This document shows, piece after piece, positions 8,001-16,257 of a DNA stretch of 64,000 nucleotides (position 1 is its first letter; every line of letters starts with the position of its first letter). The notes under the pieces are model-generated. The model searched no databases. It was not told where the DNA came from and worked only from the letters and a program-made list of their open reading frames with translations. The position numbers and the translations under genes are program-made. This DNA is from Andalucia godoyi And28 (Eukaryota; Protista; Jakobida), in the NCBI GenBank assembly GCA_009859145.1, contig VRVR01000008.1:257494-321493 (forward strand), written 5' to 3'.

Positions 8001-9408
8001 ATTTCATTATGAAACTGCTGTGTCCGCCGGGGAAACCGCGGAAGAAGTGAAGCGAGATGAAGATCGTCTTAAAGCTCTGGAAGAATTTGAAATGGAGGAC
8101 GTGGACATGAATGCAGACCAAGACTCAGATGACGCGTCAGATGCCCGTTCTGTTACGTCGCGTGCGACAAGCAAAGCGGGCGATTTTGCGAGGGAACGCG
8201 GTCGGCGATCTTCGAAAATTCTTCGTCGCTTTGAGAAAATGAAAGATCCTGTTACTGGGGAGGAGAAAGAAGTAGTGTCGATAATCTCGGACCCCTCTGA
8301 GGTCGATGCGATATTGAAACGCCAAGAAGCCGTGCAGGTGTTTCGAAAACTGTTGCAAGGGATGGAAGACGGTGGCTCCTCAATGGTTCGGTCTTCCATG
8401 GTTTTAGATCAGATTCGCGACTTGCGAAAGAAGGAGCAGGAAATTCGACGAGACCAAATTCAAACGGCAATGGATTCAAAGAAGAGATGCTGCAAGGCTT
8501 GCAAGCAAAAGGGCCACATTTCCTCGAATAGAATATGCAAACTTCACCCGGAGCATTTGGCCTATTTCCGCGATCTTCCTGATGGAACGTCTGTTCGCGT
8601 TGCCGACGAACAGGCGCCGTCTGGCGGTTTACAGGGCCGTGGACGTGGTCGCGGTCGTGGACGTAAGCGTGGAGCTGTTGTAGCGACGGATCCAGCTGCC
8701 GGTGTTGGTCTTCCACGTCCAGTCAAGCATCGCCGTGGAGGGTTTCGGCAGCCTGCCGCTTCACTCCTGCCAATGGACTCGGGTGTTTCGTCGGGTCAGT
8801 TCGATTCTCTCGTTGACGAAGACTTTGAGTATCAGCGCAGGTCATCCAATCGCTCCAATCGGACGGTTGGCAGCAGGCGTGCTGCGGTCTTCCGCAGAAT
8901 AGTCGACGAGATCATGGAAGCGGCCATTTCTGACGATCACTTGTATTTGCGGACGTTTTTGCGGAATCCCGTGAAAGAGCTGGAAGTGTTTGCTCCTCAG
9001 CTTGCCAAGCAGTATCGAAAAAGCATTCGACATCCTATGTTTCTCGAGTCTGTGCAGTCCAAAGTCCAGAATTTGAAATACGACTCGGTGGATGCATTTT
9101 CTGACGACGTGTCGTTGATGTTTTCGAATGCCCGCATGTTTTACACGAATCTCCCAGAGTTTACGTCGGTCCTTGTAGACGCAGATGCTGCAGAAAGGTT
9201 CATCAACGGTCGGATGCAGGAGCACAGCGAGGAGCTGCGTTCTCTCGAAGAGACTGGCGGTCGTGACGGAGGACCTATTACTGGCGCTTCTCCAGCGAAG
9301 CGTGCACGTTTCCAAGATGGCCATACAGACACGCCAGGTTTTGGTGATGATGAATTTGTTGTTCCGACATCAGACGCTCTTCCGTTGTACGGTAGTAGTC
9401 AGGGATGA
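5056..9408 (+). CDS. TAF1: TFIID subunit 1 (TAF1): core DUF3591 region, zinc knuckle, single bromodomain
   Basis: AIDYEDEQE (N-terminal TAF1 motif), VVLMEYREELPAYMSVPSMGARVRNFY, APWISSTTFINA, zinc knuckle CKACKQKGHISSNRIC, and bromodomain YRKSIRHPMFL...MFSNARMFY. Confidence 0.93.
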   Translation: MDPVSQNGLSEMAGILDSKAFDMLRSMLSDGLDPELQGLDQELIFGYSTDAADVQVASSAGPKDSIPKLPGAIDYEDEQEAIEMDVEHARQLLESARGAESPSQQFDFDEQEGTSSTMKKVSVDFDEEATPVDSTGQHASVSVDGVVQSAAVATKAPAIKFYDVDSSQSANAQKDDEPDAEDDDNLVIRRKRQAPAGQAGTQSSLPAKPNPLLQFALKKSNDKLLLRTSKLLFQKSDLEDAQYYASRGSLQTVHAKSFLEPTTDDIVHFSKEILEEETTEPSDEKDAAGFDRMVIAPLSFVSPSFDLEVALSEESDFGRVHPALLPVSLLNWETQVWEMALGKKGNVTSWEKKLLPPSAKLNVAAVHGQWDTSVFETCDSVSFPLLFDLNDDSFGVSMEELTRVAERAKQVFSDDVMRSKFGTLTFENKIRATLVRDEEAVEDQIGEIVHTQLAWKLDPRYFARTVNRTIAMFHVRPFLLPGLLVKADPHIIVGKDAGSGPLAAKETAKMRRRNASTFKDEDVSSRSGRVVLMEYREELPAYMSVPSMGARVRNFYLRMDAPTAPEGSVRKQISAKPNPQDVQDPATVLSEQELSRYSRLKETLEDGSLEIVSSLKDVPFLTILEPGDSVCALDTHMFASEMSGHAVPETDFLLTVSRDSKLKKNNVYLREIDKLYAVSYQQAKRQEESAGMLVSKFAGEVPGPSAKVRTQWDRKRVLFHEYRLLEKEARRDDEGRISRVAPFQSLLDLVPDVDAQTIRRICNEECDVRSSKFQWKSEREFPSEARIVETLSPEDYCRYVMMEAGLAYLEDQRGIDREAAETALLNVLFAANNAENKSLDSGFRLTAEDEKTISAVQHELKIAPWISSTTFINAFSGSGSVRFADIHFVTPEEVLQAQEDFSKVTEIRAEFAKNQLKKMGIDADAMSSMERVETLRKHIAKGLHLNVKTASYTVAMHHTLRIVFGKASRALRPTETFSDEQEFHYETAVSAGETAEEVKRDEDRLKALEEFEMEDVDMNADQDSDDASDARSVTSRATSKAGDFARERGRRSSKILRRFEKMKDPVTGEEKEVVSIISDPSEVDAILKRQEAVQVFRKLLQGMEDGGSSMVRSSMVLDQIRDLRKKEQEIRRDQIQTAMDSKKRCCKACKQKGHISSNRICKLHPEHLAYFRDLPDGTSVRVADEQAPSGGLQGRGRGRGRGRKRGAVVATDPAAGVGLPRPVKHRRGGFRQPAASLLPMDSGVSSGQFDSLVDEDFEYQRRSSNRSNRTVGSRRAAVFRRIVDEIMEAAISDDHLYLRTFLRNPVKELEVFAPQLAKQYRKSIRHPMFLESVQSKVQNLKYDSVDAFSDDVSLMFSNARMFYTNLPEFTSVLVDADAAERFINGRMQEHSEELRSLEETGGRDGGPITGASPAKRARFQDGHTDTPGFGDDEFVVPTSDALPLYGSSQG

Positions 9409-9638
9409 TCGGATGGAACTCCTTTTCGGGATTGTTTGCTTGTTTGGCGGATGCCGTCTTTTGATGGTCTCGAGTGCGCATGCGCTTTCTGTTTGAACAA
9501 CTGCTGCACGTGGCATTTTTAAATTTTAAAATTAATAGAACAAAAAGAATAAAAAATAAAAAAATAACAGTCCCCCAAAACCGCAAAAACACAGCCATTT
9601 TTTGACGTCCAAACCAGAACACTTGCGTCATTTTCATT

Positions 9639-11198
9639 TTATGATAGTCTTCGGCAAAACTCTGGCATAACAGGTCCCGCTCCAACACCACGATTGACCA
9701 TTCGGCAACGCCATTCAGAGAGGCGAGGAAGCGCAGCGGTCGTGTCATTCACAGACATAGCACTCCACAGGCGTTCAGCGATCGCAGAAGCGCGCGGCCA
9801 GACGCGGGAGTCAAAATTGGCTTGATCAACCTGCTCAGCCCACATAGTTGCTTCTCCACCGAGGACCAACTTCTGAAGGGACGGGTCCAGGAACTGCGTA
9901 CCGTTCTTGAAAGGTTCATTGTCATAGAACACCTTCCAGGTGTCTTCCCATTCATAAAACGTGGAAGTCCCGTCGGGCTGCTGGCGATCCAGATACCATC
10001 CTGCGGACAGAATTGCTTTATGTCCCAGAGAAACTGCTTCTGCAAGGACACCTCGGTTTGCCCAAACGTGGACAATCGTCGGGTCTGAGGTTGAGGTAAT
10101 GGCGCCGTCCAACAAAAGTTCTTCCCATCCAAGTGGCGTCTTATTCAAGGACGACAGCATCGGAAGAATCCTCTGATGGTAATAGCGGTATAAATCGGAC
10201 GCAGTCCAGCCCTTCTGCTTCAAGAACGACTTGATGGAATCATCATCCAACCAGCATCCAAAAACGATCTCATCACCACCAATGTGTGCATAGTTGTCTG
10301 GAAACAGCGCCAGCATTTCGGAGAAAAGCTTCTGAATAAAAGTGAATGTGTCCTCTTTTGCGGGATTCAACGGAATGTTGTTAATGTTCTGTGCATAGAC
10401 TGGGCAGTTGGCCACCAAATCAGGATAGCCCACGCCGAAAGATGCCGCATGGCCCGGAGTATCAAATTCGGGAACGACACGTACACCTCGCTCCAAGGCA
10501 TACTGCACAATGGTGGAAACATCAGCGTGTGTATAAACAGCAGTGGGATCCCAAGCAGCATTGGTCAGCAAAGGAAAAGTTTCCGAGACCAGAGGGAAGG
10601 ACTGCGCATCCACAATGTGCCAGTGCATCGTGTTGAACTTGTTGTACGCAAGGACATCAATCGTATGCAGCAAGAAGTCAACAGGAATAAAATGACGCGC
10701 AGTGTCAACCATGAATCCTCTCCAAGGAAACCGAGGAGCATCGTCAATCTCCAACGGAGCATTCACAATCGAATACGTTTGACTCGCAGCATCATATGAA
10801 ATAAGCTGTGAAAAGGTTTCGAGAGCACGCAAAGCTCCAAAGACACTCTTTGCAGAGATGGAAGCCTTGGGATCGGTCGAAACTGAAATCGAATACGACT
10901 CGTCAACTCCAAACTGCAGATTCTCATCGTCAGAGTCCACTTGCACAGCAACAGAGACAAGAGATCCCTGGGGAGAGCGGGCAGTCTTCGCTGGGAAGAA
11001 CAAGGTTGCGTACCTCGCAAACGCCTTTTGCAAAATCTGGGACTTTGAAGTTGTCGAAAACGAGAACTGCGACGGATCCACGGTCACGGACGACGAGCCA
11101 GGGCGCATGGACTGAGGCTGCGGCCACACCGATCCGTACGCGACTCCTGCGATTACCAAAAGCGCTGCCAAAACAGCAGAATGTCGGTGAAAAAGCAT
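9639..11198 (-). CDS. HEXB: Secreted/lysosomal beta-N-acetylhexosaminidase (GH20, HEXA/HEXB type)
   Basis: Signal peptide, VWPQP, IDDAPRFPWRGFMVDTARHF, NTMHWHIVDAQSFP, VVPEFDTPGH, catalytic HIGGDE, LSAGWYLD, VLGGEATMWAEQVD, RVWPRASAIAERLWS. Confidence 0.96.
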   Translation of the reverse strand: MLFHRHSAVLAALLVIAGVAYGSVWPQPQSMRPGSSSVTVDPSQFSFSTTSKSQILQKAFARYATLFFPAKTARSPQGSLVSVAVQVDSDDENLQFGVDESYSISVSTDPKASISAKSVFGALRALETFSQLISYDAASQTYSIVNAPLEIDDAPRFPWRGFMVDTARHFIPVDFLLHTIDVLAYNKFNTMHWHIVDAQSFPLVSETFPLLTNAAWDPTAVYTHADVSTIVQYALERGVRVVPEFDTPGHAASFGVGYPDLVANCPVYAQNINNIPLNPAKEDTFTFIQKLFSEMLALFPDNYAHIGGDEIVFGCWLDDDSIKSFLKQKGWTASDLYRYYHQRILPMLSSLNKTPLGWEELLLDGAITSTSDPTIVHVWANRGVLAEAVSLGHKAILSAGWYLDRQQPDGTSTFYEWEDTWKVFYDNEPFKNGTQFLDPSLQKLVLGGEATMWAEQVDQANFDSRVWPRASAIAERLWSAMSVNDTTAALPRLSEWRCRMVNRGVGAGPVMPEFCRRLS

Positions 11199-11391
11199 TC
11201 TTTCGGTTGTTTTTCTTTGAGAGAGGTGTGAAACTCGGAAAAAAAAAAACCGTGAACAGACACTCGGAACAACCGAGAAAACCGAGATTCGCAGAAGCGA
11301 AAAGGACCGAAGAACACGATAACGAGAAAGCGGGCTGTTGACTGGTGTGCGGAGGATGGTTTCCCCTCAGTGCTTGTTGACTCGCCTGGCC

Positions 11392-11430
11392 TTGACAGGT
11401 TTGACGGGTTTGACAGGTTTGACAGGTTTG
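11392..11430. repeat. Tandem 9-mer repeat (TTGACAGGT)x4 in the divergent HEXB/SDS22 spacer
   Basis: ttgacaggt ttgacgggt ttgacaggt ttgacaggt ttg, read directly from the sequence. Confidence 0.95.
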
Positions 11431-11652
11431 GCAAGCCACGTCAACTCGAACCTGGAAAAGCACCGATTCATGCACTCCCAACAACTCTGCAGTCCACCAT
11501 ACCGGAAAACAGCAGAACGGAATAATCATCCCGTCTATTTTTTGAAATTCGTTCAATACAAGAGCGCCAAACAACGACAACAAGTAGTCTGTCTACGGAT
11601 TTAGCCATCGAGTGATTCCGAACTCTCTCTTACAAAAAAGAAGAAGAAAAGA

Positions 11653-12660
11653 ATGAGCACGTCTGCATGGGAGCATGACGTGATTGAAGAAGGACAGATT
11701 GTCGTTGACCGGGCAAATATCCAGTCTGAAGGAATTGGGGCAGAGTACGAGATTCCGTCCGAGGTAGCCGTGCTGGACTTGACTCACAATCGGCTGAAGG
11801 AGATCAAGAATATTGCTGGACTTCAGTTTTTGCATACATTGCACTTGCGACAGAACTTGCTGAAAGAAATCGCCGGGCTGCAGAATCTTCCGAAACTGCG
11901 AAAAATTGACTTGTACGACAATCAAATCTCAGAAATCTCGGAAACCAGCTTCTCCGATGTAGCGTCGACTCTTGTGTACCTCGACATGTCCTTCAATGAA
12001 CTTCGGAAGATTGAAAACATCGAGAACCTGGAGAATTTGGAAGAGCTCTACGTTTGCTCAAACAAAATCACAGACATTGAAGGCGTTCAGTCGTTGAAGT
12101 CGCTCCGAACGCTCGAGTTGGGGTCGAATCGAATTCGCAAGATTCAGAACTTGGAAGGACTGACTGCATTAAGAAACTTGTGGCTTGGACGAAATAAGAT
12201 TTCTTCCGTCGAGAACCTGAATATGCAGCCTTTGTGCTTAAATTTGCGAGTCTTGTCTTTGCAAGCTAACAGATTGAGATCTATTCACGGTCTGGACGCG
12301 CTTGTTAATCTGGAAGAGCTCTATTTGGGAGAAAATGGCATTCAAAAAATCGAAAACATCGCACATTTGACTTCTTTGCGAATTTTGGACCTTAGCAGCA
12401 ACCTGGTTGCATCGATTGGTGATTCATTAGTCCCTCTGACGTGCTTGCAGGAATTGTGGCTGAATCAGAACAAGATTGCAGAGTACAAGGACATCGAGCC
12501 ACTTGCATCAATTTCTACGTTGAGGATTGTATATCTTGAGATGAATCCGTTCTGTGCGGGAGATGCTGCGTACAAGAACAAGGTTATTCACACGCTTCTC
12601 CAAATTGAACAGCTCGACGCAGACGATATTCCAAAGAGACATTTAGGAGGGCCTGCTTAA
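11653..12660 (+). CDS. PPP1R7: Protein phosphatase 1 regulatory subunit 7 / Sds22 (SDS22-like LRR protein)
   Basis: About 11 SDS22-type LRRs (LDLTHNRLKEI, IDLYDNQISEI, LDMSFNELRKIEN, LELGSNRIRKIQN, LWLGRNKI, LSLQANRL, LYLGENGI, LWLNQNKI) and an LRR cap VYLEMNPF...Y..KV...L.QIEQLDA. Confidence 0.9.
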   Translation: MSTSAWEHDVIEEGQIVVDRANIQSEGIGAEYEIPSEVAVLDLTHNRLKEIKNIAGLQFLHTLHLRQNLLKEIAGLQNLPKLRKIDLYDNQISEISETSFSDVASTLVYLDMSFNELRKIENIENLENLEELYVCSNKITDIEGVQSLKSLRTLELGSNRIRKIQNLEGLTALRNLWLGRNKISSVENLNMQPLCLNLRVLSLQANRLRSIHGLDALVNLEELYLGENGIQKIENIAHLTSLRILDLSSNLVASIGDSLVPLTCLQELWLNQNKIAEYKDIEPLASISTLRIVYLEMNPFCAGDAAYKNKVIHTLLQIEQLDADDIPKRHLGGPA

Positions 12661-13179
12661 CTTTAAATGTTCCACCACATGTTATCCTCATACTGTAGGC
12701 CACTCTTCATCATACTTCATGTTGCTCATCCAGAAATCTCAGACAGTCCTGCTTCTTTCGTTCGCCTTTTTTCCCCTTCACGCCACTCCATCGCCATTTC
12801 GATGTCCCCCGTCATGTCCGGCACGTCTGGATCGAAACTGGAATGGTGTGCGCAGCATCAGTTGGAAGAACGCTTTGGCGTACTGGACCCTTCCGGATGG
12901 ATGACTACCTCATCCTACGACCTTCTGGAATGGATACACACTCGGTTCCGGTGCAGGACTGAGGATGGATTTCGTTCAGCAGTTCATCCGCCGTGCTTCG
13001 TGTACATTGTAGGCGATATAAAAAATAATAACAATGAACATGGCGTGAGAGTTTGAAGATCCATTTTTTTCTTTTCTTCTTCTTCTTCTTCATTTGCTAA
13101 AACACATACAACAAACAACAAGCACAGAACTGCAGACATGCTGCACACGAATAACACCGAAGCACAACAGACTAACTTT

Positions 13180-15351
13180 TTAGACAACTACCGACTTGGC
13201 GAGATTGCGCGGTTGGTCGACATTGTGACCCATGGACACAGCCAAGTGATAAGACAGCAACTGGAACGGAATCACATTGATGATAGGAGCCAACGAAGCA
13301 CAGATTTCGGGAACCTGGATGGATTTGTAGGCTTTCGAAATTACCTGGGTGTCACCAGTATTGCAGATCGCCACCACTTTTCCGTGACGTGCTGTGAGTT
13401 GCTCCAGAGCACTCACGACGTTCGGATACTGCGTATCCTTTGTGATGATCAAAATGCACGGCATGTTCTCGTCGACGAGTGCAATAGTCCCGTGTTTCAA
13501 CTCGGCCGCAGATATGCCCTCGGAATGAATGTACGAAATCTCCTTGATCTTCAGTGCCCCTTCAAGCGCCGTGGCGTAGTTGTATCCACGGCCAACCACG
13601 AGGATGGACTTGGCACCCTGGAAAACAGGGATAAGCTCCTTGATGACGGGCTCGACGGTGTGGAGCGTCTTGTCCACAAGCTCCGGAAGCCGGTGCAAAT
13701 CTTCAATGATTTGCTGGCGGACTTCTTCCTTGTCTCTTGCATTCTTGGACAAAAACAGAGAAAGCAACACAACCGAGAGAACTTGCGAAGTATAAGCTTT
13801 CGTGGAGGCCACTCCAATTTCAAGACCGGCATTGACATGGATTCCAAAGTCGGTTTCGCGGGCTATTGCCGACCCAACCGTGTTGGTAATTCCACAAGTC
13901 AGAGCGCCCTGAGCTTTCACGTAACGGAGCGCCCTCAAGCTGTCTGCCGTTTCTCCGGATTGGGAGATAAAGATGTATGTCTCATCCCGAAACACGTTGG
14001 GAGAACGATCCACAAATTCCGACGCCAGCTCGACGGCGGCAGGGAGGCTCGTCAACTGCTCAAACAGTTGCCGCCCCGCCAAAGACGAATGATAAGAAGA
14101 TCCGCAGGCAAGGAAATGGACACGGCGGCACGTAAGAATGTCTCGCGCATTGTGAAGAACACCACCCAAGCGAACATCACACTTGTCGAAAAGAACACGA
14201 CCTCTCATGGTATTCGTCAACGATTCCTTCTGTTCGAAAATTTCCTTCTGCATATAGTGATCGAAGTTGCCTTTTCTCACTGCATCCATCTGACCTTGTA
14301 GGATCTTGATCACACGATGCTCCTTACCGGCATCTGATGACGTGACAACATCTTGGTTGTAGATTCTCATCCTTCCATTTGCAAGATGGACAATGTCCTT
14401 GTCTTCGAGATACAAAACAGTTCGGGTGTGCTCAATGATGGCAGACGCATCCGAAGACAGAAAGAATGCTTTTGCACGCTTTGTGAGGTCCGCAGCGCCT
14501 TCGGCAATGAAGTCACGACTGTCCGTATTCGACTTGCCAGAAACGAAGTTCTGCGATTCCCGACGGCCATCAGCGGACAAGTATGCCGTCGACTTCCGAT
14601 TGACCAGTCGCGCAGAAAGAGGGACAGTGAATTCCGCATCAGGATCCGTAGCCTCTTCACCACTGCTGCACACACCAATGATGAGCGGAGATCCAAATCG
14701 TGCGGCAATCAGCTCTCCAGGAAACAGTCGAGATTTCACAAGGAATGCATAGGTTCCTTCGAGTTGCGACACTGCCGCACGGACAATCTCCACAAAAGAG
14801 ACCTTGGGCTTCTTACCAACATCCGTTTCGGACTTGTACTGATTGTACACATGTCCCAACAGCTTCGCGAACACTTCAGTGTCCGTTTCAGACTCAAAAA
14901 CATGACCCTTTGCCTTGAGCATATTCTTCAGCTCAGAAAAGTTCGTGATCATTCCATTGTGAACAACAATGAATGTCGAGTCCTTGTCGGACCTGTGGGG
15001 GTGCGAGTTTGCAGGAGAAGGCTCGCCATGCGTTGCCCAACGAGTGTGGGCAATGCCAACGTGGTTTGACAGCATGAGTTCTGGAGAGAAGTCGTCCTCG
15101 TCATAGTGCTCGCTGTCCAGATTAGTGTCCGGCAGGTATCCTTGATCCTTGAGCAAGTTTACGAGCTTGCTGACGTTTCCATTGGACTTAACAATCTGGA
15201 CATCCGTTGAGCCAGACTGGCGATCAAAGGCTACACCGGCAGAATCGTATCCTCGATACTCCAAGCGGGACAGACCTTTGAGCAGCAAGCGAAGAATAGC
15301 AGTGCGTGAAAGCTCACTTTCACAGTTGAGAAGTCCGAATATGCCACACAT
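13180..15351 (-). CDS. GFPT1: Glutamine--fructose-6-phosphate aminotransferase (GFAT/GlmS)
   Basis: N-terminal catalytic MCGIFG, RLEYRGYDSAG, HTRWATHG, NSHPH, HNGMITN, FESETDTE, SIS domains (SQSGETAD, GVASTKAYTSQ, EGALKIKEISYIHSEG), and C-terminal NVDQPRNLAKSV. Confidence 0.98.
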   Translation of the reverse strand: MCGIFGLLNCESELSRTAILRLLLKGLSRLEYRGYDSAGVAFDRQSGSTDVQIVKSNGNVSKLVNLLKDQGYLPDTNLDSEHYDEDDFSPELMLSNHVGIAHTRWATHGEPSPANSHPHRSDKDSTFIVVHNGMITNFSELKNMLKAKGHVFESETDTEVFAKLLGHVYNQYKSETDVGKKPKVSFVEIVRAAVSQLEGTYAFLVKSRLFPGELIAARFGSPLIIGVCSSGEEATDPDAEFTVPLSARLVNRKSTAYLSADGRRESQNFVSGKSNTDSRDFIAEGAADLTKRAKAFFLSSDASAIIEHTRTVLYLEDKDIVHLANGRMRIYNQDVVTSSDAGKEHRVIKILQGQMDAVRKGNFDHYMQKEIFEQKESLTNTMRGRVLFDKCDVRLGGVLHNARDILTCRRVHFLACGSSYHSSLAGRQLFEQLTSLPAAVELASEFVDRSPNVFRDETYIFISQSGETADSLRALRYVKAQGALTCGITNTVGSAIARETDFGIHVNAGLEIGVASTKAYTSQVLSVVLLSLFLSKNARDKEEVRQQIIEDLHRLPELVDKTLHTVEPVIKELIPVFQGAKSILVVGRGYNYATALEGALKIKEISYIHSEGISAAELKHGTIALVDENMPCILIITKDTQYPNVVSALEQLTARHGKVVAICNTGDTQVISKAYKSIQVPEICASLAPIINVIPFQLLSYHLAVSMGHNVDQPRNLAKSVVV

Positions 15352-15452
15352 GGGTGTTGGAATGGTGCACAGTAGAAGTTACAGAAACGAAGGAGACACA
15401 GCGAGAGGGACGAAGCAAAAAAAAAGGAGAAAAAAAAAAGAAGAAGAAGGCA

Positions 15453-15575
15453 AGAGAGAGAGAGAGAGAGCGAGAGCGAGAGAGAGAGGGAGAGGAACAA
15501 CCTCCGTTGTTGTGCACAAACGAGGAGAAGCCGTTCAAGAAGATCCTTCCCGTCCAGCCCCATTCGACATGCCGG
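15453..15575. repeat. Direct repeat copy 1: interrupted (AG)n tract plus 74-bp core
   Basis: Core 15502-15575 (ctccgttgttgtgcacaaacgaggagaagccgttcaagaagatccttcccgtccagccccattcgacatgccgg) is identical to 16184-16257. The AG tract carries the same interruptions (gagcgagagcgagagagagagggagaggaa). Confidence 0.97.
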
Positions 15576-15692
15576 ATTCTTCTAATTCTTTTTTCAAAAA
15601 AAATCCTGATACGCGAAAAAAATAGGACGAAAAACCCAGAGGGAGCGTCCCTTTAGACGGAAAATGCTGTAGAAAGGGCTCGGAAGAGCGAC

Positions 15693-16013
15693 TTATTGTG
15701 CTTTCTTTTGATGCTTTTTGTTTTGTGCACCAGACCCCTTGATGCTGGCAGCTTTGCCAACCGGCTTGATGCTAGTTTTTTTTCCACGTCTTTTTATCTG
15801 AACGGCCGTTTTCTCAGCGTTTTCATCGATGAGTGGGTGAACGTCCGTTTCCTCAAAAAGCACGACCATCAAAAGAAAAAGAAGGTTTTACGCATTTCTT
15901 CTTCTTTGTGTATTAAAGAAAAGAATTCCCCCTTACTCCTCTTTAAAAGAAAGAAGAAAAAACATACTGAGATTTCTCCAATATTCGTGTACAGAGACCG
16001 TCTGTTTTGACAT
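15693..16013 (-). CDS. Possible small spliced hypothetical gene (MSKQTVSVHEYWRNL... / K-rich C-terminus)
   Basis: ATG at 16013 is followed 46 nt later by a GTATGT donor (15967) matching the verified introns. A K-rich open frame ends at TAA 15693. No single-intron model joins them, so the exon structure is unresolved. Confidence 0.2.
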
Positions 16014-16125
16014 TTTCCGACAATATTGCCGCCCGTCCAAATTGTCGCTGATTGACAACAGCAAATAGAAAGCAGAAAAGCAGACAGACAGAAAGAGAAG
16101 AAAGAGAAGAAGAAGAAGAAGAAGA

Positions 16126-16257
16126 AGAGAGAGAGAGAGAGAGAGAGCGAGAGCGAGAGAGAGAGGGAGAGGAAGGAACCAAACTCCGTTGTTGTGCACA
16201 AACGAGGAGAAGCCGTTCAAGAAGATCCTTCCCGTCCAGCCCCATTCGACATGCCGG
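16126..16257. repeat. Direct repeat copy 2 of the AG-tract plus 74-bp core
   Basis: Same core as copy 1, offset by 682 bp. Confidence 0.97.

Noticed and set aside
13138-14301. Long antisense ORFs over genes (e.g. 387 aa opposite GFAT, and many others over TAF1, PRKDC, CCT2 and the giant gene)
   Set aside because: These are shadows of real genes, caused by low use of TTA/CTA/TCA codons and by G/C-ending codons. They show no domain signal.
15500-15575. glmS ribozyme upstream of GFAT
   Set aside because: The conserved glmS features (AGCGCC cleavage context, GACGAGG core in the sense orientation, P2.1/P2.2 pairings) are not present on the GFAT sense strand.
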